64,000 bases of DNA from an uncultured Gammaproteobacteria bacterium (GTDB lineage: Bacteria; Patescibacteriota; Microgenomatia; CAZETR01; Amesbacteraceae). Below are positions 51,743 to 60,690 of the stretch, one piece after another. The position numbers were made by a program, and so were the translations under genes. Position 1 is the stretch's first letter; each line of letters starts with the position of its first letter. Location: NCBI GenBank assembly GCA_964356225.1, contig CAYHGA010000001.1:29573-93572 (forward strand), written 5' to 3'. The notes below the pieces were generated by a model. It had not been told where the DNA came from and ran no database searches. It saw only the letters and a program-made list of their open reading frames with translations.

Positions 51743-53530
51743 TTAAACTTTCAAAATTGACAGGAAGGCTTCTTGGGGGATGTCGATGCGGCCGACACGC
51801 TTCATGCGGGCTTTGCCTGCTTTCTGTTTTTTGAGAAGCTTGTCTTTGCGGGTTTGGTCTCCCCCACTAAGTTTGGCGATAACGTCTTTGCGGTAAGCTT
51901 TGACGTCGGCCCGGGCTAAAATTTGGCTGCCGATAGCGGCTTGAATGGAAACTTCAAAATTCTGGCGGGGGATGATGTTTTGCAAAGTGACAACCAGGTT
52001 TTTAGCTAAATACGGAGTCAAGGCTTGGGGAACAATTTGAGACAAGGCGTCTATTTTGTCACCAGCGACGAGAATGTCCAGTTTTACTAAATCTGCGGCT
52101 TGGTAGCCGGCTAATTCGTAATCCAAGGTGGCGAATCCCTGGGAGACGCTTTTGAGGGAATCGTTAAAGCCGCGGATAAGTTCGGCCAGGGGCAAAATGT
52201 AAGATAACTGGACTAAACGGGATAAATATTGAATGTGGGTTTGAGTACCACGATGGTTTTGACAGAGCTGGATAACCGGACCGACGTATTCCTGGGGAAC
52301 AAAAATTGAAAGGTTTAGTATGGGCTCGCGAATTTCTTTTATCACGGACGGGTCGGGTAAGCCTGAAGGCTGGTTAATAGTTATTAGTTCATTGTTCATA
52401 GTAAGAACTTGATAGGAAACGGATGGGGCGGCGGCGATAAGGTCCAGACCGAATTCGCGCTCCAGCCTTTCTTGAACAATATCAGCGTGAAGCAAACCCA
52501 AGAAACCAACACGGAAACCGTTACCCAGAGCCGGAGAAAATTCCGGGGTAAAAATGAGAGCCGAATCGGAAAGCTGAAGTTTGCCTAAAGCGCTGCGCAG
52601 AGTATTTATTTCAGACCCTTGGGTAGAATAAAAACTGACGAAGACTACCGGTTTGATGGGTTTGTAGCCGGGGAGCGGGTTCATAGTTCTTAGTTCATAG
52701 TTCATAGTAGTAAGCGTGTCGCCGACGGTGAGAAGAGATAAATCTTTGAGGTTGGTGACGACATAACCTACAACGCCTGCGGAAAGAAGAGGGACCGGGG
52801 TGCGTTGGGGAGTGAAAAATCCAACTTCGATAGCGGTAGCCGGAGCGTGGGTGCCCAGTAAAAAAAGTTTGTCGTGGGTGGAAATTTGACCGTCGACGAT
52901 GCGCACCCAGGCGATAACACCCAAGTGGGGGTCGAAATTGGAATTAAAAACAAGAGCTCTGGTTAGTTGGTTAGTTGGTTTACGGTTTATAGTAGATGGG
53001 GAAGGAACGCGCTTAATAACTGCTTCCAGTAATTCCGGGACGCTGGCGCCGGTTTTGGCGGAGACCAAAAGTATCGAGTCTAAGTCTAAGTTTAAGATTT
53101 CAGAAAGCTGGCGTCTAGTGCCTTCGATGTCCGCAGTGATTATGTCTATTTTGTTAATGACAGGAATAATGGCTAGGCCTAACTTTTGGGCTTGATGATA
53201 GTGGGCCAAGGTTTGGGCCTGAACGCCCTGGGTGGCATCAACAAGTAAAATTGCTCCTTCACAGGCGGCCAGAGAACGATTAACCTCATAGGAAAAATCC
53301 ACGTGGCCGGGAGTGTCGATGAGATTAAGAATGTAATTTTGATAATGCATGCGGACGGGGGCAAGTTTGATGGTTATCCCCCGCTCGCGCTCGATGGGAT
53401 TGCTGTCCAGAAGCTGGGACTGCATGAGACGTTTAGAAACTGTGCCGGTAATTTCCAGAAAACGGTCGGCCAGCGTGGACTTGCCGTGATCCACGTGGGC
53501 AATAATGGCGAAGTTGCGAATGTTCTGCAT
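51743..53530 (-). CDS. lepA: Elongation factor 4 (LepA)
   Basis: IRNFAIIAHVDHGKSTLADR, GFRVGFLGLLH, KLLKKQKAGK. Confidence 0.98.
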   Translation of the reverse strand: MQNIRNFAIIAHVDHGKSTLADRFLEITGTVSKRLMQSQLLDSNPIERERGITIKLAPVRMHYQNYILNLIDTPGHVDFSYEVNRSLAACEGAILLVDATQGVQAQTLAHYHQAQKLGLAIIPVINKIDIITADIEGTRRQLSEILNLDLDSILLVSAKTGASVPELLEAVIKRVPSPSTINRKPTNQLTRALVFNSNFDPHLGVIAWVRIVDGQISTHDKLFLLGTHAPATAIEVGFFTPQRTPVPLLSAGVVGYVVTNLKDLSLLTVGDTLTTMNYELRTMNPLPGYKPIKPVVFVSFYSTQGSEINTLRSALGKLQLSDSALIFTPEFSPALGNGFRVGFLGLLHADIVQERLEREFGLDLIAAAPSVSYQVLTMNNELITINQPSGLPDPSVIKEIREPILNLSIFVPQEYVGPVIQLCQNHRGTQTHIQYLSRLVQLSYILPLAELIRGFNDSLKSVSQGFATLDYELAGYQAADLVKLDILVAGDKIDALSQIVPQALTPYLAKNLVVTLQNIIPRQNFEVSIQAAIGSQILARADVKAYRKDVIAKLSGGDQTRKDKLLKKQKAGKARMKRVGRIDIPQEAFLSILKV

Positions 53531-53542
53531 GTGGGTATTCTC

Positions 53543-53932
53543 TCACAAACTAGTGGCTTCTTGTATTCCATCAGACAAACATTTATACGATTGTAATTGG
53601 TATTTTAGGGGTGATGGATACAATTCCAGGTGAGTAGCAGCAACTGCTATTGGTTCGTGAAGTTGATCTTTGCTTGAAAGCATCGTTAATTCCTTTGGTT
53701 TTAAAGACTTAAGCATGTTCTGTATATTTTGGTCTGCAGCATGGGACAACTCCAAACTTGCTCGGACTTCCTCGTACACCATTTCTATTTCAGGTGGAGG
53801 AATTACGGTATGCAGCAAAAGGGCGGTAGCTATTTTTGGATATTTTTTTGATATTTCTAACGCACGGGCGCCATTTAAATTAATACGTTCAATAAGGGGG
53901 GCGTAACTTTTTAATGGTTCCTGATCTTGCAT
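53543..53932 (-). CDS. Hypothetical protein
   Basis: 129-aa ORF, TAATG-coupled to the upstream micro-ORF. Confidence 0.55.
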   Translation of the reverse strand: MQDQEPLKSYAPLIERINLNGARALEISKKYPKIATALLLHTVIPPPEIEMVYEEVRASLELSHAADQNIQNMLKSLKPKELTMLSSKDQLHEPIAVAATHLELYPSPLKYQLQSYKCLSDGIQEATSL

Positions 53933-54033
53933 TATTTTCTAGTGCCCAAATACACTACTAAGGCGAGGATACCGACCAAGACAATGAGCGTCCAGGGGTT
54001 GTTAACAACTTTTACAAAGAGCTCTGGATTCAT
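53932..54033 (-). CDS. 33-aa single-TM micro-protein (not in track)
   Basis: MNPELFVKVVNNPWTLIVLVGILALVVYLGTRK. Confidence 0.6.
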   Translation of the reverse strand: MNPELFVKVVNNPWTLIVLVGILALVVYLGTRK

Positions 54034-54035
54034 GG

Positions 54036-54152
54036 TTACTTACGCTGGGATTTAGATTTGTTGGCCAAATAAAGGATCCATGCAGCAAAAAGGATAGAGG
54101 CAATTAGGCCACTAACAAAAGCAAAATTTATGCGAGTAGTTATGTCATTCAT
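54036..54152 (-). CDS. 38-aa single-TM micro-protein (not in track)
   Basis: MNDITTRINFAFVSGLIASILFAAWILYLANKSKSQRK; overlaps the upstream stop. Confidence 0.62.
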   Translation of the reverse strand: MNDITTRINFAFVSGLIASILFAAWILYLANKSKSQRK

Positions 54153-54357
54153 TGTGTATACTCTGACTTAATTTTAACCCAATCTGGACAAATATCCAGC
54201 ACGAAATGGTGCCAACAACAAAGAGAGCTAGTCTGAGAGATGAAACAATATCCGAAACACTGATTGATCCGATGACTCCACTGATGAACCACGCTTTAGC
54301 AAGATCAAAACAAAGGTTAGAAAGAGACTTAAATTGAAATTGATTTAATTTATCCAT
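54145..54357 (-). CDS. 70-aa two-TM small protein
   Basis: LSNLCFDLAKAWF then two hydrophobic helices; TG-TATATT 8 nt before ATG. Confidence 0.68.
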   Translation of the reverse strand: MDKLNQFQFKSLSNLCFDLAKAWFISGVIGSISVSDIVSSLRLALFVVGTISCWIFVQIGLKLSQSIHNE

Positions 54358-54377
54358 TAGAGTTTAATATACCATAA

Positions 54378-56018
54378 CTAATTTTGATCCGGGGCGGAGA
54401 GGATGACGGGCTCGGCGGGGACGGGAGATAAGATGTTTTTCCACTGGGCAATTCGTTTAATTAAATCGATGAAAGTTGCTAATTCGGGAATTTTGAAAAA
54501 CGCAGACAGGGAAAAATAAACCGATAAGCCAATGAGGGTAGTGATCCCCGTCAAGAGAAGTAAAGGAAGAGTACGGGTGGTATCAAAAACAAATTGATCC
54601 AGTAAACGCATGGGTATCCATAGGAAAAGGCCGGTGACGAGGCTGGTAAAAATCATTTTGGCCAGAGGGATAAAAACTTTATGCGGGGCCACTGAAACAC
54701 GGTGGTATAACAGCCAGGAAAGAACCAGAGTTTCCAAAATGGCGGTGGTAGAGATGGCTACCGCTATTCCCAGAATTCCCCACCCTAACCAGGTGACGGC
54801 TAATATGGATAATGTCGAACTAAAAATGGCGGCGATTATGCCGACTATAAGCGGGGTGCGGGTATCGTGCAGGGCATAAAAACCGCGAATGACTAACTGC
54901 ATGACGGCGTAAAAAGCGGCCGAAGCACAGAGAATGGCCAGTGTTTTCCCGGTCAAAAGAGTGGCGGTCCAAGGAAAAGTTTTGGCACCAAAAATGATAC
55001 GGACGATGGGGATCCTCAAGATAATGAACAAGGTGCTAAGAGGAAGGGCCATAAAAGCGATTTGCAAAAAGGAGGAAACCAGAGTGCGCCTGAATTGGTC
55101 CAGATCGGAATGGGCCGCTTCTTTGGAAAGCTGGGGAAAGGCGGCCTGACCAATGGTAACTCCAAAGAGAGAAGTGGGAATAGTAAAAAGGAGGCGGGAA
55201 GCATTAAGAAGGGACAAAGAGCCGGAAGCCAGAAGCGAGGCTAGAGTGACGGCCACAAATTGCTCTATTTGATCAATGCCCAGAGCCAGGACTCGGGGGG
55301 GCATAAGACGGCCTATTTCACGAACCCCGGGGTGGAAAAAATCCAAAGATAAAGAGGGGCGAAAACCTAGGCGGAAAGCCAAAGGCAATTGGATAAACAT
55401 ATGCAAAATTGCTCCCAGGACAACTCCCAAGGCCGGACCGAGGATGCCCAGGGTGGGAGAAAGGAAGACGATGCCGGCGATAATCCCCAGGTTGTAGGCT
55501 ACGGGGGCCAAGGCAGGGATAAGAAAACGCTGGTGAGATTGGATGATACCGGTCAAAAAACCGGAAATGGAAAAGAATATTTGAGCCACAAGCATGATCC
55601 GCAAAAGTTGAACCATGACACTAATTTGGGAAACGGTGAAGCCGGGAGCAATCAGCCGAGAGAGGGGGTATGCAAATATAAAGATGACGGTCGAGAGAAG
55701 GGTAAAAACAAGAATAATCAGATTCATGGTGGTGGAGGTCATAGCCCAGGCTTCTTTTTCGTTCTTGGCCAGATACTTGTTAAAGGTGGGAATAAAGGCG
55801 GCAGAGAGGGAACCGATGACTAGAAGCTGAAAAATAGTATCCGGGATAACAAAGGCGGCATAGTAGACGTCAAGCAGCGGGGATTGAGTGCTAAAAAAAG
55901 AGGAAATCAGCAGGCGGGTCTTGACCAAACCAATGAGATGAGACAGGCTATAAGTGGCCATGATAATGAAGGCGGCAGAAAGAATGTGGTTTTGGCGCCG
56001 GAAGAAAATATCCCGCAT
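54378..56018 (-). CDS. murJ: Lipid II flippase MurJ
   Basis: AAFVIPD, GSLSAAFIP, RGFYALHDTRTP. Confidence 0.95.
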   Translation of the reverse strand: MRDIFFRRQNHILSAAFIIMATYSLSHLIGLVKTRLLISSFFSTQSPLLDVYYAAFVIPDTIFQLLVIGSLSAAFIPTFNKYLAKNEKEAWAMTSTTMNLIILVFTLLSTVIFIFAYPLSRLIAPGFTVSQISVMVQLLRIMLVAQIFFSISGFLTGIIQSHQRFLIPALAPVAYNLGIIAGIVFLSPTLGILGPALGVVLGAILHMFIQLPLAFRLGFRPSLSLDFFHPGVREIGRLMPPRVLALGIDQIEQFVAVTLASLLASGSLSLLNASRLLFTIPTSLFGVTIGQAAFPQLSKEAAHSDLDQFRRTLVSSFLQIAFMALPLSTLFIILRIPIVRIIFGAKTFPWTATLLTGKTLAILCASAAFYAVMQLVIRGFYALHDTRTPLIVGIIAAIFSSTLSILAVTWLGWGILGIAVAISTTAILETLVLSWLLYHRVSVAPHKVFIPLAKMIFTSLVTGLFLWIPMRLLDQFVFDTTRTLPLLLLTGITTLIGLSVYFSLSAFFKIPELATFIDLIKRIAQWKNILSPVPAEPVILSAPDQN

Positions 56019-56039
56019 GTGTGATATTATATGGCGGAT

Positions 56040-56279
56040 ATGCCTATAACTAAAGGTGCAATCAGGAAGCTACGGGCGGATAAAGGTAAGGCCCGGGTTA
56101 ATAACGTAATAAAACGGGCGTTTAGGGAATCCGTGTCTAAGATGCGCAAGCATCCGACCGTAAAAAATTTGGTGGAGGTCTACCGGAAACTGGACCGGGC
56201 GGCTAAATCTAAAGTGATTCACAAGAATAAAGCGAATCGGTTGAAATCTAGACTGTCCAAGTTGCTGAAAAAGAAGTAG
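56040..56279 (+). CDS. rpsT: 30S ribosomal protein S20
   Basis: MPITKGAIRKLR, LDRAAK..VIHKNKANRLKSRL. Confidence 0.96.
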   Translation: MPITKGAIRKLRADKGKARVNNVIKRAFRESVSKMRKHPTVKNLVEVYRKLDRAAKSKVIHKNKANRLKSRLSKLLKKK

Positions 56280-56296
56280 TGTTGTACACTGGAAGA

Positions 56297-58114
56297 ATGC
56301 TACGAAAAGGATTTGTTGGTATCGAGTTGGCAGTAATGGTGGTGATGGTAATGGGGCTGATCGCTGGAACAAAGCAAATTTCAGATCTCACCCAAAAGTT
56401 CCTAATCAAGAACAAAGCGGCTGGACAAGTTACTTGTTCTTCAAATTGCGCATCTGGTTCCAGTGGTGAATATAATTTCTGCTACAACGAATGCGTTCCG
56501 GGGAAAACCGGTTACTCCCGGCCCATTGGTTGTAATTCCAGTGGTTGGGTGAGAGGAAATGATCAAGTTGATTCGGCTTGCGGCTCCGCACCCGCGCCTA
56601 CTCCGGTATCCCCAGGTCCCACTCCGACTGGCGCTCCAACTCCAGGTGATGGACCTTACGGTAAAAATTGGGGGAATACGTGTAACGGTATAAATTATGG
56701 GGGCTGCAGTCCTGGTTACCGTTGCGTAGGCAATCTTTGTAGTGGATATAACTGTTTTAAGCTTGATTCGTCATGTGGGGGAGTACCACCGTCAACTATC
56801 TGTCAACCTGGCCATTGTGATTACGGAGGATCAAACCTAGGCTGGAGAAAGTGCAATGGCAACGGCACGGCTTACGACGGAAATAAATACACAGATAATA
56901 CTTGCTCCACTGTCGCCGGTGGAGGACCTACCCCAACTCCAAAATCCGGTGCGACACCTACGCCAAGACCTACTCCGACTCCACCTTCGACATGTGCTCA
57001 ATATTACAGTCTCGCTGATTGTAATAGTGCTTCATGCTCTTGGTATAACTGTGGGGGCAAGTCTCCGGGCTGTTTCCCGGGTGGGACGTTGATGGCGGTT
57101 GCCTGTCCCACCACCCCAACCCCAACGCCGACCCCAAGACCTACTCCAACCCCGACTCCTGTTGTGGATTGTACCAAGATTCCCTACTCTGACTGTAATA
57201 CTTCACTTAACAATGGAAACTCTCGGTGTGCTTGGTACAACTGTTATGATGGAACAGCTGGCTGTTTTTCTAAAGGTACGCCAGATACTGTTGCTTGTCC
57301 AAACCTCGCTCCAACGCCAACCCCAACGCCAACCCCAAGACCTACTCCCACCCCGACCCCAAAACCCACGCCCACTCCGACTCCAACCCCTAAATCCGAA
57401 CCTAGATATAATTATGATCTCTCTACTTATCGCTGTGTTGAGGCTCAAGATGGATATTATCCTTCTTTCTCCGCTTGTGAACAGAACTATGCTGTACTAA
57501 ATGTGCCATACTGTAAGTCGGATGGGTTTCTGTGTTATGCAGCAAATACCGATGGATCTTGTAAGACTACAATACAATGTTATCCAGGAACTGTTTGCAC
57601 AGGCTCACCAAGATTCGCTAAATGTGCTCTCGCTTCTTCTCCCCCCACTCCCACTCCAACTCCGACGCCTGCTGCTGAGAATAACGGCTGGACTGGTCAA
57701 TACTGTGCTGGAGGGCTCCTTGGATCTCCGAAGAGTATCTGCAAACCCGGTCTGCCTCCTACATGCGAGCCCTGCAATAGTTGCTCCGGAAATTACGGAT
57801 ACGCCGTAGGCGCTGGTTGTTCTCCAATTTCAACCCCAACTCCAACCCCAACTCCAACTCCTACGCCCGTCGCTGGCCAAGGCTGGACTAATCAATACTG
57901 CACAGGAGGGTCTTCGAGAAGTATCTGCACTTTTAGTTTCCCTCCTACATGTTCCCCTTGCAACAGTTGTTCCGGAAATATTGGGTATGCCGTGTGCAAC
58001 GGTTCTTCGCTAATTCCTACGACCGATTCTACTCCCGCGGTTGCTCCTAAGACCCCTCGTCCTTTCTACTGCATAAACTTCTTTGGCTGGAACCCATGTG
58101 GAGTTGTCCAGTAG
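56297..58114 (+). CDS. Cys-rich, Pro-Thr-repeat exported protein with type IV prepilin-like leader
   Basis: MLRKG/FVGIELAVMVVMVMG; duplicated Cys modules; PT linkers; ATG 56297 after TACACT. Confidence 0.8.
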   Translation: MLRKGFVGIELAVMVVMVMGLIAGTKQISDLTQKFLIKNKAAGQVTCSSNCASGSSGEYNFCYNECVPGKTGYSRPIGCNSSGWVRGNDQVDSACGSAPAPTPVSPGPTPTGAPTPGDGPYGKNWGNTCNGINYGGCSPGYRCVGNLCSGYNCFKLDSSCGGVPPSTICQPGHCDYGGSNLGWRKCNGNGTAYDGNKYTDNTCSTVAGGGPTPTPKSGATPTPRPTPTPPSTCAQYYSLADCNSASCSWYNCGGKSPGCFPGGTLMAVACPTTPTPTPTPRPTPTPTPVVDCTKIPYSDCNTSLNNGNSRCAWYNCYDGTAGCFSKGTPDTVACPNLAPTPTPTPTPRPTPTPTPKPTPTPTPTPKSEPRYNYDLSTYRCVEAQDGYYPSFSACEQNYAVLNVPYCKSDGFLCYAANTDGSCKTTIQCYPGTVCTGSPRFAKCALASSPPTPTPTPTPAAENNGWTGQYCAGGLLGSPKSICKPGLPPTCEPCNSCSGNYGYAVGAGCSPISTPTPTPTPTPTPVAGQGWTNQYCTGGSSRSICTFSFPPTCSPCNSCSGNIGYAVCNGSSLIPTTDSTPAVAPKTPRPFYCINFFGWNPCGVVQ

Positions 58115-58159
58115 ATTGTAAATACTACTAAAGCCGGAAATAATTGTTATACTAAGAAC

Positions 58160-58687
58160 ATGGCTGCCCTGGGTAGTATTAATTTGTTGCCTAAGTCTGA
58201 TTTTGAGGCTTCTTTCTGGGGGAAATTTTTGAAGTGGGGACTGACCACCGGGAGATACTTAGTGATTTTGACGGAGCTAGTAGTAATCGCCGCGTTTTTA
58301 TCCAGATTTAAATTGGATTGGGATTATGCGGCAGTAAGAGACAGAATTAATGGAAAAAGAGCGGTGTTGACGGCGATGGCCGAAACGGAAAGAAGATTTA
58401 GATTGGCCCAGAGCAGGCTGGGAGCAGCCGGAAAAATTATGGGGGGGCAATTAGAAGCGGCGAAGGAAATCGAAAAAGTGACAGCCAAAGTTCCCGCGGG
58501 AGTGGTGTTAACTGATGTGACCGTGTCTGACAAAATGATAACGGTTTCGGGAAGCGCCAGCAGTGCGGATAAATTTGGAATCTTTTTGTCCCGTTTGACG
58601 GCAAGCGGTGACTGGAAAAGCGTAGGGGTGAAAAGTTTATCAGATGACGGACAAGCGGGATTTAAATATTTAATATGGCTCAATTAG
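58160..58687 (+). CDS. PilN-like protein
   Basis: INLLP N-terminal motif, TM, coiled coil, P.GV.LT..ITVSG.A. Confidence 0.8.
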   Translation: MAALGSINLLPKSDFEASFWGKFLKWGLTTGRYLVILTELVVIAAFLSRFKLDWDYAAVRDRINGKRAVLTAMAETERRFRLAQSRLGAAGKIMGGQLEAAKEIEKVTAKVPAGVVLTDVTVSDKMITVSGSASSADKFGIFLSRLTASGDWKSVGVKSLSDDGQAGFKYLIWLN

Positions 58688-59235
58688 ATTACAAAAGCAG
58701 TTTGGCCCAATACCGCAGATATTTGGCGGCGGTGCGAGAGCAACCCTTATTTGCCGCCAGTTTGGGGTTGGTGCTGTCTCTGACGTTAATAATAATTCTG
58801 GTGTTAGCAGCCCTGCGGCCAACTTTAGTGACTATTGCCTCACTGCTAGGAAATATTCAGCAACAAAGCGATGTGGAGAAAAGACTGGACAAAAAAATTG
58901 CAGAGATAACTGCGGCCCAAGCAGAGTATTTGAAAAACGAATCCAGGTTGGGTGTGCTGGATGAAGCATTGCCGGTGGGCCAGAAATATGCGGCCTGGGG
59001 AATGAGATTGGAGACCGCCGCTTCTGAAAGCGGTGTGAAAGTGATGGAATGGTCGCTTCTGGATGGAAAAGATTTCAGTGTTTCTTTAAGCGGAGACGTG
59101 GCGGGATTGAAACGGTTTTTGGCCACTATGGAAAACTTGCGGCGGTTGGTGGAAGTCAAGAGTATACAGTTTGCTAAAGAAAAAGAACTGACGTTAGTTG
59201 TGAAGGGAGTCTTAAAATCATATGAAGAAAAATAA
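58675..59235 (+). CDS. PilO-like protein
   Basis: TM, coiled coil, LDEALP, FLATMENLRRLVEV; follows pilN. Confidence 0.8.
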   Translation: MAQLDYKSSLAQYRRYLAAVREQPLFAASLGLVLSLTLIIILVLAALRPTLVTIASLLGNIQQQSDVEKRLDKKIAEITAAQAEYLKNESRLGVLDEALPVGQKYAAWGMRLETAASESGVKVMEWSLLDGKDFSVSLSGDVAGLKRFLATMENLRRLVEVKSIQFAKEKELTLVVKGVLKSYEEK

Positions 59236-59422
59236 AACTGACCGGCAAGTTGTGGTAGTGCTGGTTATGACTTTGATTACGCTGGTAGCCTGGGTGGGGT
59301 TTGAAGTTTACCGGACATATACTCTGGTAAACATCCCCCCAGTTTCCGACAAACTGCTGCTGGAGTTGTCTCCCACGCTGGATATTTCCGTGCTGGAAAA
59401 ATTAGAAAGCAGGACACCATGA
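59222..59422 (+). CDS. Small single-TM protein in the pilP position
   Basis: TM then L.P.LD..VL..L..R; overlaps both neighbours. Confidence 0.7.
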   Translation: MKKNKTDRQVVVVLVMTLITLVAWVGFEVYRTYTLVNIPPVSDKLLLELSPTLDISVLEKLESRTP

Positions 59423-60690
59423 GAAAAAGAGAGCTGACTATTCCTACAATTTTGGGAGTTCTGGCTATAATCGGAGGGCTGATAGGGGGAGTAGTGTTAT
59501 TGAACAAACCATTAAGAGGTTTGGTGGGGGCTAGCCCGGAAGAAACTCCAAAAGAAGTCAAGATTACTAATATTTCCGACACCAGTTTTGTGGTGAGCTG
59601 GGTGACAGACAAATCCACTTCCGGTTATGTCCAATATAACGGAGGATTGGTGGTGTCCGATGACCGGGATCAAGAACGAGGGGAAATCGGAAACTATTTT
59701 ACCCATTTGGTGACTATTAAGGCGCTCAAAGCGGAGACGGGGTACAGTTTTAAAATAGGATCGGGGAAAAGTTTGTATGATAATTCGGGGAAGTTGTATC
59801 AGATAACAACGGCTACCGCAGTAAGCCAGGTTCCGGTAGCGGACGTGGCTTATGGGCAAGTGGTTACAGCCAGCGGTGATCCGGTAGAGGGAGCAATTGT
59901 ATATTTGTCCCTGCCAGGAGCGGTTTCCCAGGCAGCACTAACTAAGTCTTCGGGGTCATGGGTAATTCCAATGGCGGTTGCCAGAAGCGCAGATCTAACT
60001 GGTTATGCGGCTTATGACCGGGAAAAAGAAAAGATCGAAATAACGGTTCAAGCCGGAGCATTGGGAACTTCTGTGGTCAATACTACGACGGGGACGACTA
60101 AGCCGGTGGCAAATATAACTTTGGGGGAAAACAGAAGCGGAGAAACACCGGCACCTACACCGGTAGCGGGATCAAAGTTTTCCCCGGGAGCGCTGGCCAC
60201 TGATACGGGGGAGACTCTGGTGATTTTGACTCCTAAATCCGGGGAAAAAGTTAATTCCCAGAAACCGGAAATTATGGGTAAGGCCCCGGCGGGAAGCAAA
60301 GTGACTATTAAAGTGGAATCTTCCCAATTATTTACCGAGACTTTAACTGCGAGCGAAAATGGGGACTGGACTTATGGAGTTCCGGAAGACTTGGAACCGG
60401 GTGAGCATACGATAACAGTAACTTCGATTATTGATGGGGTAACAAAAACTATTAAGAAAAGTTTTGTGGTGGAAGCGGCGGGAGTTTCCAATGCCCCCGC
60501 CAGAGTGGCCACTCCGTCAGCAACACTAAAACCCACTCCTAAACCGACGCCCACAATTGCTCCAAGGGTGGCTTACCCGTCTACTGAATCCGGGACGCCC
60601 ACGTCCGGTAACTTGACTCCGACTTTAATTTTACTCATACTGGGAGCGGGGCTGGTGTTAGCTGGTGCCACTTCATATAGAAAAATCTAA
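59419..60690 (+). CDS. Fn3/Ig-like repeat surface protein with possible C-terminal sorting signal
   Basis: N-terminal TM, ITNISDTSFVVSW.T Fn3-like, Big-like domain, TPTSG-hydrophobic-RK tail. Confidence 0.78.
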   Translation: MRKRELTIPTILGVLAIIGGLIGGVVLLNKPLRGLVGASPEETPKEVKITNISDTSFVVSWVTDKSTSGYVQYNGGLVVSDDRDQERGEIGNYFTHLVTIKALKAETGYSFKIGSGKSLYDNSGKLYQITTATAVSQVPVADVAYGQVVTASGDPVEGAIVYLSLPGAVSQAALTKSSGSWVIPMAVARSADLTGYAAYDREKEKIEITVQAGALGTSVVNTTTGTTKPVANITLGENRSGETPAPTPVAGSKFSPGALATDTGETLVILTPKSGEKVNSQKPEIMGKAPAGSKVTIKVESSQLFTETLTASENGDWTYGVPEDLEPGEHTITVTSIIDGVTKTIKKSFVVEAAGVSNAPARVATPSATLKPTPKPTPTIAPRVAYPSTESGTPTSGNLTPTLILLILGAGLVLAGATSYRKI

